From NCBI GenBank assembly GCA_041662625.1, contig JBAZSB010000001.1, forward strand, positions 246,467 through 310,466: a DNA stretch of 64,000 nt. The letters are read 5' to 3'. This stretch comes from Patescibacteria group bacterium. Lineage in GTDB: Bacteria > Patescibacteriota > Patescibacteriia > Buchananbacterales > UBA6539. The notes under the pieces are model-generated. The model did no database searches and was not told the DNA's origin. It saw only the letters and a list, made by a program, of their open reading frames with translations. The translations under genes were made by a program, and so were the position numbers. Below, one piece after another: positions 28,156-37,885 of the stretch (positions are counted from its first letter, which is position 1; each line of letters opens with the position of its first letter).

Positions 28156-29403
28156 TTAGTTAAACCCAAAAATTGAAGAAAAAACTAAAACGAAGGTGGC
28201 CAAAATGATGCCAGCAATCGTCACCCAGGCAATTATATTATCAAATAGTTTATTGGTTTGATCCCCCATTATCCGTTTATTATTAATAATCAGCATCACA
28301 AAAATTAAAATGAACGGCAGTAAAATTCCATTGACATCCTGGGATAAAATCATGAGATTAATCAAAGAAATTTTTGGCAAAATGACAATGAGTGCCGGAA
28401 TAATGATGCTTAAAGCAATAATGGTATAAAAAGCTTTTCCATCTTTCCATTTGGTATCAAAGCCGTATTCCCAGCCGGCGGCTTCACAAATGGCGTAAGC
28501 GGTAGCCGTTGGTAAAATAAAAGCTCCTAAAACTGAGGCGCTAAATAAACCAAAAGCAAATAAAATTTCTGCCAGGTGGCCAGCCAGCGGTTCAAGAGCA
28601 ATGGCGGCATCCTTGGCGTCAGTAATTTGGATGCCGTGCTGGTAAAGGGTGGCGGCGGTACCAATGATAATGAAAAAGCTGACAATATTAGTGATAAAAG
28701 CGCCCAGATAGACTTCGGCTTTTTCCGCTTTGTAATGTTTAATTTCTAAACCTTTATCAACCACGTAAGACTGGATGAAAAATTGGCCCCAAGGGGTAAT
28801 CGTTGTACCAATCAAAGCAATCATTGCCAGAAAAAACGGGGTACTCCATTCTAAAGTTGGCCTGACCATGCTGGACAAAGCGTCGCCAAAATCCGGTTTA
28901 ATGATAAAACCATTAATAATATAAACTATATAGAAAGCCGAAAAAATCAAAAAGATTTTTTGGGTGGTCTTAAAAGAACCTTTATAAAGAATAAACCAAA
29001 TAGCCAAAGCAGCAATGGGCACGGCCAGATATTTAGAAATGCCAATGATTGATAATGAAGCGCCGATGCCGGCAAACTCTGCCGTCATGGTGCCGAGATT
29101 GGCAATCAGCATAGTAATCATGGCAAAAGCTGTCCAGCGCACGCCAAAATTTTCCCGGATAATGCCCCCTAAGCCCTGCCGCGTGACTAAGCCAATTCTA
29201 ATGCCCATTTCCTGAGTTACAGCTAAAGAAAAAGTGATCAAAAGCAATACCCACAGCATTTTGGTGCCAAAATGGGCACCGACAACTGAATAAGTCGTGA
29301 TTCCGCCGGCATCATTATCAGCATTAGCCGAGATTATGCCGGGTCCAACCACGCTGAAGAAAAATAAAATTTTATACCAATGGCGGCGTAATTTCTCTTT
29401 CAT
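28156..29403 (-). CDS. NRAMP-family divalent metal cation transporter
   Basis: GPGIISANADNDAGGITTYS motif; 415 aa polytopic. Confidence 0.7.
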   Translation of the reverse strand: MKEKLRRHWYKILFFFSVVGPGIISANADNDAGGITTYSVVGAHFGTKMLWVLLLITFSLAVTQEMGIRIGLVTRQGLGGIIRENFGVRWTAFAMITMLIANLGTMTAEFAGIGASLSIIGISKYLAVPIAALAIWFILYKGSFKTTQKIFLIFSAFYIVYIINGFIIKPDFGDALSSMVRPTLEWSTPFFLAMIALIGTTITPWGQFFIQSYVVDKGLEIKHYKAEKAEVYLGAFITNIVSFFIIIGTAATLYQHGIQITDAKDAAIALEPLAGHLAEILFAFGLFSASVLGAFILPTATAYAICEAAGWEYGFDTKWKDGKAFYTIIALSIIIPALIVILPKISLINLMILSQDVNGILLPFILIFVMLIINNKRIMGDQTNKLFDNIIAWVTIAGIILATFVLVFSSIFGFN

Positions 29404-29414
29404 AAAACAAAACT

Positions 29415-30629
29415 TTAGGCATCAGGCACAATATTTCGCATGATATCATCAACATTGACTATGCCGAGCAACCGTCTTTTACGGTCCAAAACTACAGCCG
29501 TAAACAAATTATATTTAGTCATGATTTTAATAATGTCACTGAATTTTTGCGCGGGTTTTAAAATCGAAGTGCTCGGGTAGGGTTTAAGCAGTTCTTGTAA
29601 TTTTTGGTTTGGTTCAGAAATTATGAGTCGCCGTAACGACACTGCCCCGTAAAAATATCTTTTTTCGTCAGTAACGTAGATATAAATGATTGACCGAAAC
29701 TTGGGCGAACTGGCCTTAATTTCTTCAATTGTTTGCTGAACTGTCCATTCCGGCCGGACCATCATGTAATCCAGACTCATTAAACCGCCAGCGGTATCAT
29801 CGGGATAAGTAATTAAATTTTCAACCTTTTCCACCACGCCGGCTTGAAGTTGGCCTAAATAAACTTTTGCCTCTTCTTTGCTTAAAGTTTTTATTAAGTC
29901 GACGACTTCATCAGTTGACATCTGGGACAAAATTTTACCGGCCCTATTCGGACCTAAAAATTTTACTAAAATTTTCTGCAAACGAGGGTCAACTTCTTCC
30001 AAAACTTTTGCCGCTTTCAAATCATCCAAAGAAGTGACCAGCTGGCTGCCCTGTTTAATGTTTAGGTCTTCAATGATATTAGCTAAATCAGCCGGATGAA
30101 GTTTATTCAGGTCTTTGGAAACAATATCCAGCTTTAATGTTCCTCTGACTGGCTGGGCAGAGCGCCAGTCAATTAGATGGACTGCACGCAGATTAAAAAT
30201 TTTTAATCGCTCAATACCAAGCCGTCGCATTAAACCCCGGCTAGAAATATCAACGCCGATGACACACATTTTTTCGCCAAAAATACCTAATCTTAAATCA
30301 TTAACTCGGACCACTCTGGCGCCGGCCATATCAACAATTTGTTGGTCTAAAATGTCTTTTTTCAAAAAGGTATAGTCTTCCCCGACTTCTTCCAACTGAT
30401 TGACATTGCTAAAAACATTTTTTAAAGAAATTTCCTGCCGGCTTAAATTTTCCACGTAGCGGTAAGGAATATAAATTATCTTCTTCGGCCTCTTAGTCTT
30501 GACTACTAAAAATTCCAAAGGGTCATATTCCCCGGCTTTTGGGATAATCAAAATATCCTTCAGACGGCCAATCACTTCATCGGCGCTGTCTTGGACCTTA
30601 CTGTTTAAGAGGTGGCTTAGATAAGGCAT
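29415..30629 (-). CDS. Cytosolic MgtE-N / CBS-domain protein with N-terminal PRC-barrel-like region
   Basis: No TM segments. MgtE_N-like helical region (…MSTDEVVDLIKTLSKEEAKV…) and a CBS pair near the C-terminus. Confidence 0.55.
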   Translation of the reverse strand: MPYLSHLLNSKVQDSADEVIGRLKDILIIPKAGEYDPLEFLVVKTKRPKKIIYIPYRYVENLSRQEISLKNVFSNVNQLEEVGEDYTFLKKDILDQQIVDMAGARVVRVNDLRLGIFGEKMCVIGVDISSRGLMRRLGIERLKIFNLRAVHLIDWRSAQPVRGTLKLDIVSKDLNKLHPADLANIIEDLNIKQGSQLVTSLDDLKAAKVLEEVDPRLQKILVKFLGPNRAGKILSQMSTDEVVDLIKTLSKEEAKVYLGQLQAGVVEKVENLITYPDDTAGGLMSLDYMMVRPEWTVQQTIEEIKASSPKFRSIIYIYVTDEKRYFYGAVSLRRLIISEPNQKLQELLKPYPSTSILKPAQKFSDIIKIMTKYNLFTAVVLDRKRRLLGIVNVDDIMRNIVPDA

Positions 30630-30777
30630 ACTTTTAAAAACTAAAAAATCCCCCGGTCAATTTCGTTTATTAACGCTAAGTTATATCTATCTTAATTATA
30701 CTCCAATAAATTATAACTAGACAAGAAAAATCGCCTTTTCAGCGATTTTTTGGGTCAATCATCATCTAGTTTTCTTT

Positions 30778-32580
30778 TTAGGCCTTACTCTTTTTGCGTT
30801 TAACCCGAGTGCGGTCTATTTCGGTTAAATATCTTTTCCGTAAACGAATATTTTTTGGGGTCACTTCTAAATATTCATCATTATTCATAATACTTAAGCC
30901 AATTTCCAAAGTCAGGGCTAAAGGTGGAGTCAAAATGATTGCTTCGTCTGAGGCTTTGGAGCGCATATTGGTCAATTGTTTGCCTTTAATCGGATTAACG
31001 CTCAAGTCCTTGCCTTTGGCCGCATTGCCAATAACCATGCCTTCATAAACTTCGGTATTTGGTCCGATATACAAATCGCCCCGATTCTGCAGGTTGGCCA
31101 AAGAATAAGCCAAAGTTTTCCCAGTTACCATTGAGACCATTGCCCCCAGTGAACTATGCTCAATTTCACCGGCTAAAGGCCGGAATTCTAAGAAATGGGA
31201 GCATAAGATCCCTTCGCCGCGCGTATCCATCATAAATTCGTTTTGATAACCCAGCAAGCCGCGGGTTGGCAATTCAAAAAGCAATTTAACCTGACCGTGA
31301 TGATTTTTTAAATCCATCATTTGCCCTTTTCTTTTGGCTAGTTTTTCAATTACTACGCCAGACATTTTTTCCGGGACATCAACTACCACTTCTTCAAACG
31401 GTTCATACTTTTTGCCCGCTATTTCTTTGATAATTACCTGGGGTTGCGAAACTTGCAGTTCATAACCTTCGCGCCGCAAATTTTCCAGCAGAATTGCAAT
31501 GTGTAATTCCCCCCGGCCGCAAACTTTGTAAAAAGCCGGATCAGAAAAATCGATTTTCAAACCAACGTTTATCTCCAATTCTTTTTCGAGGCGTTCCCGA
31601 AGCTGGCGGTTAGTGACAAATTTTCCTTCCCGGCCGGCAAACGGCGAATTATTAACCAAAAAATCCAAAGAAATTGTCGGCTCATCAATTTTAATTGCTG
31701 GTAGTGGCTCTTGATCAGGGTTAGCGGCAATAGTTTCACCAATATCAATATCTGGTAAACCGGCAATCATAACGATATCACCGGCACTGGCCTGATTAAT
31801 TTCCTGGCGCTTTAAACCTTCGAAAGTAAATAATTTGGTGATTTTACCCTTGTGCTTTTCACCGATTGAATTTATAACATAAACTTCCTGTGCTGCTTTA
31901 ACAGTTCCGGCATAAATTCGGCAAATGGCACAGCGGCCCAAAAAATTATCATAAGCCAGATTAAACGGCTGAGCCGCCAAAGGCAGATTAACCAAATTAC
32001 TGTCAGCGGGTTTTACTTTTTCTAAAATGAAATCAAGCAGTGGCGTTAAATCTTTTGTCTCGTCATTCAAATTGAGCTTGGCAATCCCCTGCTTGGACGA
32101 AGTGTAAATTACCGGAAAATTTAATTGCTCATCACTGGCGCCAAGGTCGAAAAATAATTCATAAACCAGGTCCACAACGTGCTTGGGCCGGGCCGTTGGC
32201 TTGTCGATTTTATTAATCACCACAATCGGATCAAGCCCTAATTCTAATGACTTTTTCAGGACAAATTTGGTCTGGGGCATGGGGCCTTCCTGGGCGTCAA
32301 CCAAAAGCAAAACGCAGTCAATTGAGCGCAAAATCCGCTCGACTTCCGAACTGAAATCAGCGTGTCCGGGGGTATCAACAATATTGATTTTAGTGCCTTT
32401 ATAAAAGACTGAGGTGTTTTTGGAGTAAATCGTAATCCCCCGCTCTTTCTCCAAATCATTGCTGTCCATGCTGCTGCTTTCGTCCGACATCCCCGTTTGG
32501 CGCATCAAAGCATCGGTCAGAGTGGTCTTACCGTGATCAACGTGGGCAATAATTGCGATGTTTCTAATTTCCATTGGCAA
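30778..32580 (-). CDS. typA: Translational GTPase TypA/BipA
   Basis: IRNIAIIAHVDHGKTTLTD G1 motif, DTPGHADF motif, 600 aa. Confidence 0.9.
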   Translation of the reverse strand: MPMEIRNIAIIAHVDHGKTTLTDALMRQTGMSDESSSMDSNDLEKERGITIYSKNTSVFYKGTKINIVDTPGHADFSSEVERILRSIDCVLLLVDAQEGPMPQTKFVLKKSLELGLDPIVVINKIDKPTARPKHVVDLVYELFFDLGASDEQLNFPVIYTSSKQGIAKLNLNDETKDLTPLLDFILEKVKPADSNLVNLPLAAQPFNLAYDNFLGRCAICRIYAGTVKAAQEVYVINSIGEKHKGKITKLFTFEGLKRQEINQASAGDIVMIAGLPDIDIGETIAANPDQEPLPAIKIDEPTISLDFLVNNSPFAGREGKFVTNRQLRERLEKELEINVGLKIDFSDPAFYKVCGRGELHIAILLENLRREGYELQVSQPQVIIKEIAGKKYEPFEEVVVDVPEKMSGVVIEKLAKRKGQMMDLKNHHGQVKLLFELPTRGLLGYQNEFMMDTRGEGILCSHFLEFRPLAGEIEHSSLGAMVSMVTGKTLAYSLANLQNRGDLYIGPNTEVYEGMVIGNAAKGKDLSVNPIKGKQLTNMRSKASDEAIILTPPLALTLEIGLSIMNNDEYLEVTPKNIRLRKRYLTEIDRTRVKRKKSKA

Positions 32581-32768
32581 AAAATTAAAAGAATTACGAA
32601 TCAGCGTAATTCTCGGGTATCATTCCAATATGATAACAGTTTTTCGCTTTAATGTCAAAAATTATGTTAGTACGGAATTAAATGAGATAAAAAAAGCGGT
32701 TGGCAGCGGTAACCCTTTTGGGTCGTTGCTGTCAACCACTGTCAAAATAGAAAACGCTGGACTGTCCC

Positions 32769-34061
32769 TCAGTCAGCCAGTCGCTGGACTTCGCCGATGT
32801 TATCGACCACCTTCTGTACCGCCTTGGCGATGAGGTCCATGTTGCTTCTGGGACCCATCAAAATGGCATGGTGGACGACCACGCCACTGTGCTCGTTGGC
32901 TTCCTTACAGACCGACAGATCGAAGCGCTTGGGGTTAATCGCGTCCCAGTATTCATTGTCGAGGTGGTGACGCCGCTTGGTCCACGGCTTGTAAAGGTCG
33001 CACTTGTTCAATGAATCGTATGGCGGCTCGAAGGAACCGTCTTGGCCTTCTTCGAAACCGAGTTCGGCGTTCAGGGCCCGGCAGAATTTCCGATTGCCGA
33101 TTCCGAGATCCTCTGTGGCCAGACGAAACGCATAGTTGAAGTAGCTCTGCCGGGTGACTTGCGGCCGACGATACATCGTCAGAACGCCGGGAATCTGCTC
33201 CAACAGGCCGTTCAGATACTGGGCATTGTCATCGCGCTGGGCGACTTGTGCCGGTAAGCGGCTCAGTCCGCCAAGCAGGATTGCTGCTTGCCATTCCGTC
33301 AGCCGGCAGTTACCTGATTGCACGGTATTTCTTGGTTTGCCGGATCCTTCAAGGCCAAAGGCTTTGACGCCTGATTCGGCAAACGGCCGGCCGCAGTTAC
33401 GCAGCGAGTATAGCCGCTCGAACATCTTCCTGGTTTGGCAAGTGTTGTACCCGCCTTCACCACTGCTCAGGACTTTGGATTCCTGGAAGCTGAAGCAGCC
33501 AACATCGCTAAGGGTACCAACACCCTTGCCTTCCCATAACGAGCCGTGCTGGTGGGCGCAATCCTCAATGAGACGCAGATGGCGCTTCTTGCACAGTCGT
33601 TGCAGGCTTGCCATATCAGGCATGCAGCCGTAGAGATGCACGGCGATGACGGCTTTAGTCTTTGGCGTAATTGCCGCCTTGACCTTGTCGACGTCGATGC
33701 ACCAAGTGCTTGGTTCCACGTCAACCAGGATGGGAACGGCATTGACGTCGATGCAGGCCGCAGCCGTGGCTTGCCAGGTCATGCCTGGCACAATCACTTC
33801 ATCGAACGCGCCGATGTCGAGAGCTTCCAGCGCCAACTGGATCGCGACGGTTCCGTTGGCACAACAGGCACCGTATTTGGCGCCAAGGAAGGCAGCGAAC
33901 CGCCGGGCAAACTCCCATTCATAGGGGCCGTCATACGACCATTTCCCCGATCTGGTTATTGCCGCTAATCGTCTGACATCAGCTTCGTAGCCTCTTGGCC
34001 AGCGGGGCCATTTCTTACCAGGAGCAGCTACTGGCTTGCCACCGTTGATTGCCAGTTTCAT
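32769..34061 (-). CDS. DegT/DnrJ/EryC1/StrS-family PLP-dependent sugar aminotransferase, in a GC-rich island
   Basis: Fold-type I DegT pattern: ...KYGACCANGTVAIQLALEAL...VIAVHLYGCMPDM...LIEDCAHQHGS...GCFSFQESKVLSSGEGG. GGAGGGAGAAUC-AUG RBS. GC is much higher than the flanks. Confidence 0.8.
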   Translation of the reverse strand: MKLAINGGKPVAAPGKKWPRWPRGYEADVRRLAAITRSGKWSYDGPYEWEFARRFAAFLGAKYGACCANGTVAIQLALEALDIGAFDEVIVPGMTWQATAAACIDVNAVPILVDVEPSTWCIDVDKVKAAITPKTKAVIAVHLYGCMPDMASLQRLCKKRHLRLIEDCAHQHGSLWEGKGVGTLSDVGCFSFQESKVLSSGEGGYNTCQTRKMFERLYSLRNCGRPFAESGVKAFGLEGSGKPRNTVQSGNCRLTEWQAAILLGGLSRLPAQVAQRDDNAQYLNGLLEQIPGVLTMYRRPQVTRQSYFNYAFRLATEDLGIGNRKFCRALNAELGFEEGQDGSFEPPYDSLNKCDLYKPWTKRRHHLDNEYWDAINPKRFDLSVCKEANEHSGVVVHHAILMGPRSNMDLIAKAVQKVVDNIGEVQRLAD

Positions 34062-34201
34062 GATTCTCCCTCCTAAACGTGGAAGACAAAAAACGGAGGA
34101 ACACCCTCCTTGAACTTGCTAATTTTTTACCACGCCTGAATACAAAAGTCAATCTAAAACAAAAAACACTTGGCGATTAAACCAGTGTTTTTTAAACTAA
34201 C

Positions 34202-34699
34202 TTATTCAATCTTAATTACTTTGTATTCTATCACTGCATCTTTGGCCTTAATCCTTATTGTATCCCCAACTTTATGTCCTAAAATGGCCGAGCCAATCGG
34301 TGAATTGCGCGAGATAATGCCTTGGCTTGGATCAGTTTCCGAAGATCCCAGGATCAGATAAGTTTTTTGCTTGCCAGCAGTTTCAATAGTTACCTTGTGC
34401 CCCAGCTGAACCGTATCCGTGTTTTTGTTCGGCTTAATAATTACAGCGTGGTGCAGATAGTCTTCAAGCTCTAAAATTCTTTGGTTAATACTCCGCAGGT
34501 GTCCTTTGGCCATTTGATAAGCGGCATTTTCGGATAAATCACCCATCTCGGACAAACGCTTCACTTCCCGGGCTGCCTCCGGCTGGCTGGCTTTTAATTT
34601 GGCCAGCTTATCTTTAAATTCAATAAATTTATCCTCAGTCAAGTGAGGGTCAGGTTTGTCATGGGTATATTTACCCGGTTTTCTTATTGGTACTTGCAT
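34202..34699 (-). CDS. greA: Transcription elongation factor GreA
   Basis: Coiled-coil N-terminal domain plus FKBP-like C-terminal domain (…GDLSENAAYQMAKGH…ISRNSPIGSAILGHKVGD…). Confidence 0.85.
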   Translation of the reverse strand: MQVPIRKPGKYTHDKPDPHLTEDKFIEFKDKLAKLKASQPEAAREVKRLSEMGDLSENAAYQMAKGHLRSINQRILELEDYLHHAVIIKPNKNTDTVQLGHKVTIETAGKQKTYLILGSSETDPSQGIISRNSPIGSAILGHKVGDTIRIKAKDAVIEYKVIKIE

Positions 34700-34709
34700 C
34701 TAATTACTT

Positions 34710-34952
34710 TTAATTCTTTATTAGTTTTATTTTCTCTTGTCGCGACAAAGCTTTGATTCTAAATTCTTCTTTTTGGGCACTTGACCGGGTGCGAAACTTT
34801 TTTGAGTAAACCAGTTTAAGGGGCCGCCGCGATCTGGTATATTTTGCCCCAAGTTTTGACAAATTATGTTCTTTCAGTCTCTTTTGTAAATCAATGGCAA
34901 TACCAGTATAAAGTGTTTTATCAGCGCACTTGAGGATATAAAGATAATACAT
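34710..34952 (-). CDS. GIY-YIG nuclease-family small protein (UPF0213-like)
   Basis: MYYLYILKCADKTLYTGIAIDLQKRLKEHN. Confidence 0.75.
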   Translation of the reverse strand: MYYLYILKCADKTLYTGIAIDLQKRLKEHNLSKLGAKYTRSRRPLKLVYSKKFRTRSSAQKEEFRIKALSRQEKIKLIKN

Positions 34953-34971
34953 GCTTTGGTAATAATATTTT

Positions 34972-36207
34972 TTATTTTTGGCAAATATAAAATACGGGCG
35001 ACTTATCAGCCTGATCCTTTTTTGTCAGTGTGCTTCGGCGGTTGGCAGCGTCGGATTCTGAAAGTTTAGCCATCACGACAGTTTCAACCAGTTTAAACCC
35101 GGAATTTTGGATTTGCTTTTTGACTTCAGAAACGTTGGGGATATGGATATATTGCCATTGGTTTGTTTTTTTACCGTTGACGTTTCTTTGGAAAAAGCGG
35201 TCGCCAAATTCAAGTTCTTTAACCTTAAAGCCTAACGGTTTGAGAAGATAAAGTTTTAACCATTGCTTTAGCCAAAAAAATATATGGTACGGCGAATAGT
35301 ATCTTTGATGGGCGGTAAAAATAAAATAGCCACCAGGCTTTAAGACTCGATAAATTTCATCCAGGGCTTTCTGCCTTTTAGTCGAGCCGGGAATTTGCGT
35401 CCAGCCGTTATTGGCAAAAATCGCGTTGTCAAAAAAATTATTTTCAAATTCCAATTTGGTCGCGTCTCCTATCTGGTAATGAATATCCAACTTTTTAGCA
35501 GTGATGATTTTTTTGGCCGACTCAATCATCATGGGCGTAATATCAACGCCAAGAACTTGATAGCCTTTAAGATGCAAAGGAATAGTAGTGCGACCGGTGC
35601 CGCAGCCAATATCCAAAACACTGGAATTTTTTGGAAAATACTTGTCAATTACAATTTCCTCGCTTTGCCATAAGCCTTTCTCCGCCTGCGCCAAATACAT
35701 GTCTTTGGTCAGCTCAGAACTAAATTCATCTATAACGTCTTGCTGGAGCTCATTGGCGCAGTTAAAACTTTTTACTCGACTGGCGTTTATTAATTCTTCA
35801 GCCTTATTTTTATCTAAAAATTTGCCTAACTGATATTGCTTATCTGTCCGATTAGCAATAAACTGCACGGCAAAATCAGTAATTTTTCGTTGGACTGCAC
35901 CATCTACTTCCCTCTGTTCATCCATAAGCCTTGCTAAAATCTTATGGTCTGCTTGCCCATCTTCAAACCATTCCACCATTCCAACCGGTTCACACTCGAC
36001 AATACTGCTTATTGCCAGCTTTCTGTCTGAAATGACGTAACAATCTAAGCTGCCACCGTCAGACGCTTTAGTATCTAAAATATAGCCGTATGGATATGGA
36101 TAACTCAACGGAATTATGACAGTATCTAAAAATTTCCCGGTCTTTTCATCAAAGACATTTTTCTTGTTTAATTCACCAGTTTGTTCAATAAATACTTTTA
36201 TCACCAT
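34972..36207 (-). CDS. Fusion protein: inorganic-pyrophosphatase-like N-domain plus class I SAM-dependent methyltransferase C-domain
   Basis: N-terminal PPase-like segment (…EKTGKFLDTVIIPLSYPYPYGYILDTKASDGGSLDCYVIS…). C-terminal MTase motif I VLDIGCGTGRTTIPL plus post-I acidic loop. Confidence 0.6.
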   Translation of the reverse strand: MVIKVFIEQTGELNKKNVFDEKTGKFLDTVIIPLSYPYPYGYILDTKASDGGSLDCYVISDRKLAISSIVECEPVGMVEWFEDGQADHKILARLMDEQREVDGAVQRKITDFAVQFIANRTDKQYQLGKFLDKNKAEELINASRVKSFNCANELQQDVIDEFSSELTKDMYLAQAEKGLWQSEEIVIDKYFPKNSSVLDIGCGTGRTTIPLHLKGYQVLGVDITPMMIESAKKIITAKKLDIHYQIGDATKLEFENNFFDNAIFANNGWTQIPGSTKRQKALDEIYRVLKPGGYFIFTAHQRYYSPYHIFFWLKQWLKLYLLKPLGFKVKELEFGDRFFQRNVNGKKTNQWQYIHIPNVSEVKKQIQNSGFKLVETVVMAKLSESDAANRRSTLTKKDQADKSPVFYICQK

Positions 36208-36240
36208 AACGCATTATCTCCTAATTTTAGTACTACTCTA

Positions 36241-36897
36241 CTATTTTACCTCTACACTCTCAATTGTCACAGCTGTAGTTGGCCGCGCAGAACTGTCAGT
36301 TGGCACATTTTTGATTTTATCGATAACATCCATACCAGAAATTACCTCACCAAAATTAGTATGTTTGCCGTCAAGCCAAGGCGTTTCAGGAATTACCACG
36401 ATAAAAAACTGGCTGCCGTTGGTGTTAGCTCCGGAATTAGCCATAGCTAATGATCCCTGGACTAATTTATGGCTATTAATTTCATCGGCAAATTTATAGC
36501 CCGGCCCGCCGGTTCCCCATCTGGCTTTTAGGCTGTCGTCTTTGGACAACGGATCGCCGCCCTGAATCATAAAGTCTGAAATTATCCGGTGAAATCTGGT
36601 GCCATCGTAAAAGCCGGCTTTTGCCAATTTAACAAAATTAGCAACGGTTTTTGGTGCATCTTCTTTGTAAAATTTTACGGTAAAACTGCCTAAATTGGTT
36701 TTAACAACTGCCTGGGTGATGTTTTCTAAATCACTAGCAGTAGTATCATTTTGGCTGGGCATAGTTTGGTTTTGGTTAACTGCCTGATTAAGATTTTGGG
36801 CAGGCTGATTTAAATTGCTTGACTCGGTATTAGCAGCATTTTGCTGACAACCAGCCAAGGTAAGACTGAAAACTACTAGAATAACTAATTTTTTCAT
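36241..36897 (-). CDS. Cyclophilin-type peptidyl-prolyl cis-trans isomerase, lipoprotein
   Basis: Lipobox LTLAGC; FYDGTRFHRIISDFMIQGGDP cyclophilin signature. Confidence 0.85.
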   Translation of the reverse strand: MKKLVILVVFSLTLAGCQQNAANTESSNLNQPAQNLNQAVNQNQTMPSQNDTTASDLENITQAVVKTNLGSFTVKFYKEDAPKTVANFVKLAKAGFYDGTRFHRIISDFMIQGGDPLSKDDSLKARWGTGGPGYKFADEINSHKLVQGSLAMANSGANTNGSQFFIVVIPETPWLDGKHTNFGEVISGMDVIDKIKNVPTDSSARPTTAVTIESVEVK

Positions 36898-36907
36898 AAA
36901 TTATTTT

Positions 36908-37315
36908 TTAATTATTAATTTTGAAATCAGCCAAAAAATCTGCCATATATGACATTGCCGGAAGCTTTTTTATTTCATCAACATCAGCCCACTTATAATC
37001 ATCATGCTCAAAATTTATCCTTACTTCGCCGGCAATAACCTCGGCCATAAATATAATAAATTTAACTGATTTTTTGTTCAGTTCGCCAAAATATGTCCCA
37101 AGAATCTCTTTCGGTTTGATATCCAAGGCGGTCTCTTCTTTAACTTCCCTGATTAAGCTTTGCTCATCATTTTCCCCGATTTCCGCTTTGCCCCCGGCAA
37201 AATCCCATAGTCCCGCAAACGCCTTTTCAGTTTGACTTCTTTTTAAAATCAAAAGCTGAGTGCTTTTGATAATAACTGCCTTTTGCGTAATTATTTCTTC
37301 TTTTTGCTCAGCCAT
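36908..37315 (-). CDS. NUDIX hydrolase
   Basis: Nudix box GGKAEIGENDEQSLIREVKEETAL. Confidence 0.8.
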   Translation of the reverse strand: MAEQKEEIITQKAVIIKSTQLLILKRSQTEKAFAGLWDFAGGKAEIGENDEQSLIREVKEETALDIKPKEILGTYFGELNKKSVKFIIFMAEVIAGEVRINFEHDDYKWADVDEIKKLPAMSYMADFLADFKINN

Positions 37316-37322
37316 TATTTTG

Positions 37323-37517
37323 TTAATTAATGATATTTTTCACCCGGCCCACTTCCCCGCTAACTAAACGTACCTTTATCCCATGGGGATGATTTGAAGA
37401 ATTAGTTAAAATATCAGCCACAATGCCTGAGGTTAATTTTTCCGTCGGCTGGTCTTGCTTTTGCACAATCTCAACCCGCAAGCCAGGTTTAATATTTTCT
37501 CGGATAGTTCCGTCCAT
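37323..37517 (-). CDS. YwbE-family small protein (TIGR03833-like)
   Basis: NIKPGLRVEIVQKQDQPTEKLTSGIVADILTNSSNHPHGIKVRL matches Bacillus subtilis YwbE. Confidence 0.7.
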   Translation of the reverse strand: MDGTIRENIKPGLRVEIVQKQDQPTEKLTSGIVADILTNSSNHPHGIKVRLVSGEVGRVKNIIN

Positions 37518-37526
37518 AATTTAATT

Positions 37527-37623
37527 GGTAGCCCCAAGCGGAATCGAACCGCTGTTACATGGATGCCACCCTATTGGGTGGTCGCCCGAAAGGGCGAAGA
37601 ACCTGGCGTCTCCCGACGTCGCC
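37527..37623 (-). other. tRNA-like 3' fragment (T-arm, acceptor 3' strand and encoded CCA) fused to the 26-nt motif shared with the tRNA-Gln locus; no matching 5' acceptor strand
   Basis: Minus-strand RNA ...catccatgtaac-agcgg-ttcgatt-ccgct-tggggct-a-cca. The required 5' partner agcccca is absent. Upstream is gcggcgacgtcgggagacgccag (motif at 37598..37623). Confidence 0.45.
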
Positions 37624-37733
37624 GCATGCTTATTTATTCATCTCATTTTTACCGCCACGGGGAATCTCCGCCGATGGCGGATGCGCCTTTTTTTATTAAT
37701 TAAGGTGGCGCAGAACCCCAAATATTGGCAATT

Positions 37734-37805
37734 TAGCCCGTGGGAGAATCGAACTCCCGTTACATGGATGAGAACCATGCGTCCTAGCCGCTAGACGAAC
37801 GGGCC
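37734..37805 (-). tRNA. tRNA-Glu (anticodon CUC)
   Basis: Manual fold: acceptor ggcccgt/acgggct (G1-U72), D-arm gtct-agcggcta-ggac, anticodon arm catgg-ttCTCat-ccatg, T-arm gggag-ttcgatt-ctccc, 72 nt. CCA not encoded. Confidence 0.8.
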
Positions 37806-37885
37806 ACGTATTTTGATTAGATTGGTAGACCGGTAGGTTGGTAGGTAGGCGCCTACCGTTCTACTCCCTACTTACTAACGGAAGT
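37806..37885. repeat. Intergenic palindromic repeat, family 1 (ggtagg/cctacc units plus gttagtaagtag), copy 1
   Basis: ...ggtagaccggtaggttggtaggtaggcgcctaccgttctactccctacttactaac... Confidence 0.65.

Noticed and set aside
33042-33968. Several 70-160-aa ORFs inside or antisense to the DegT aminotransferase gene
   Set aside because: High-GC random open frames; the DegT frame has clear family motifs and an RBS.
37527-37625. A second complete tRNA next to tRNA-Glu
   Set aside because: Only the T-arm, 3' acceptor strand and CCA are present. No 5' acceptor strand or anticodon arm folds, so it is recorded as a fragment rather than a tRNA gene.
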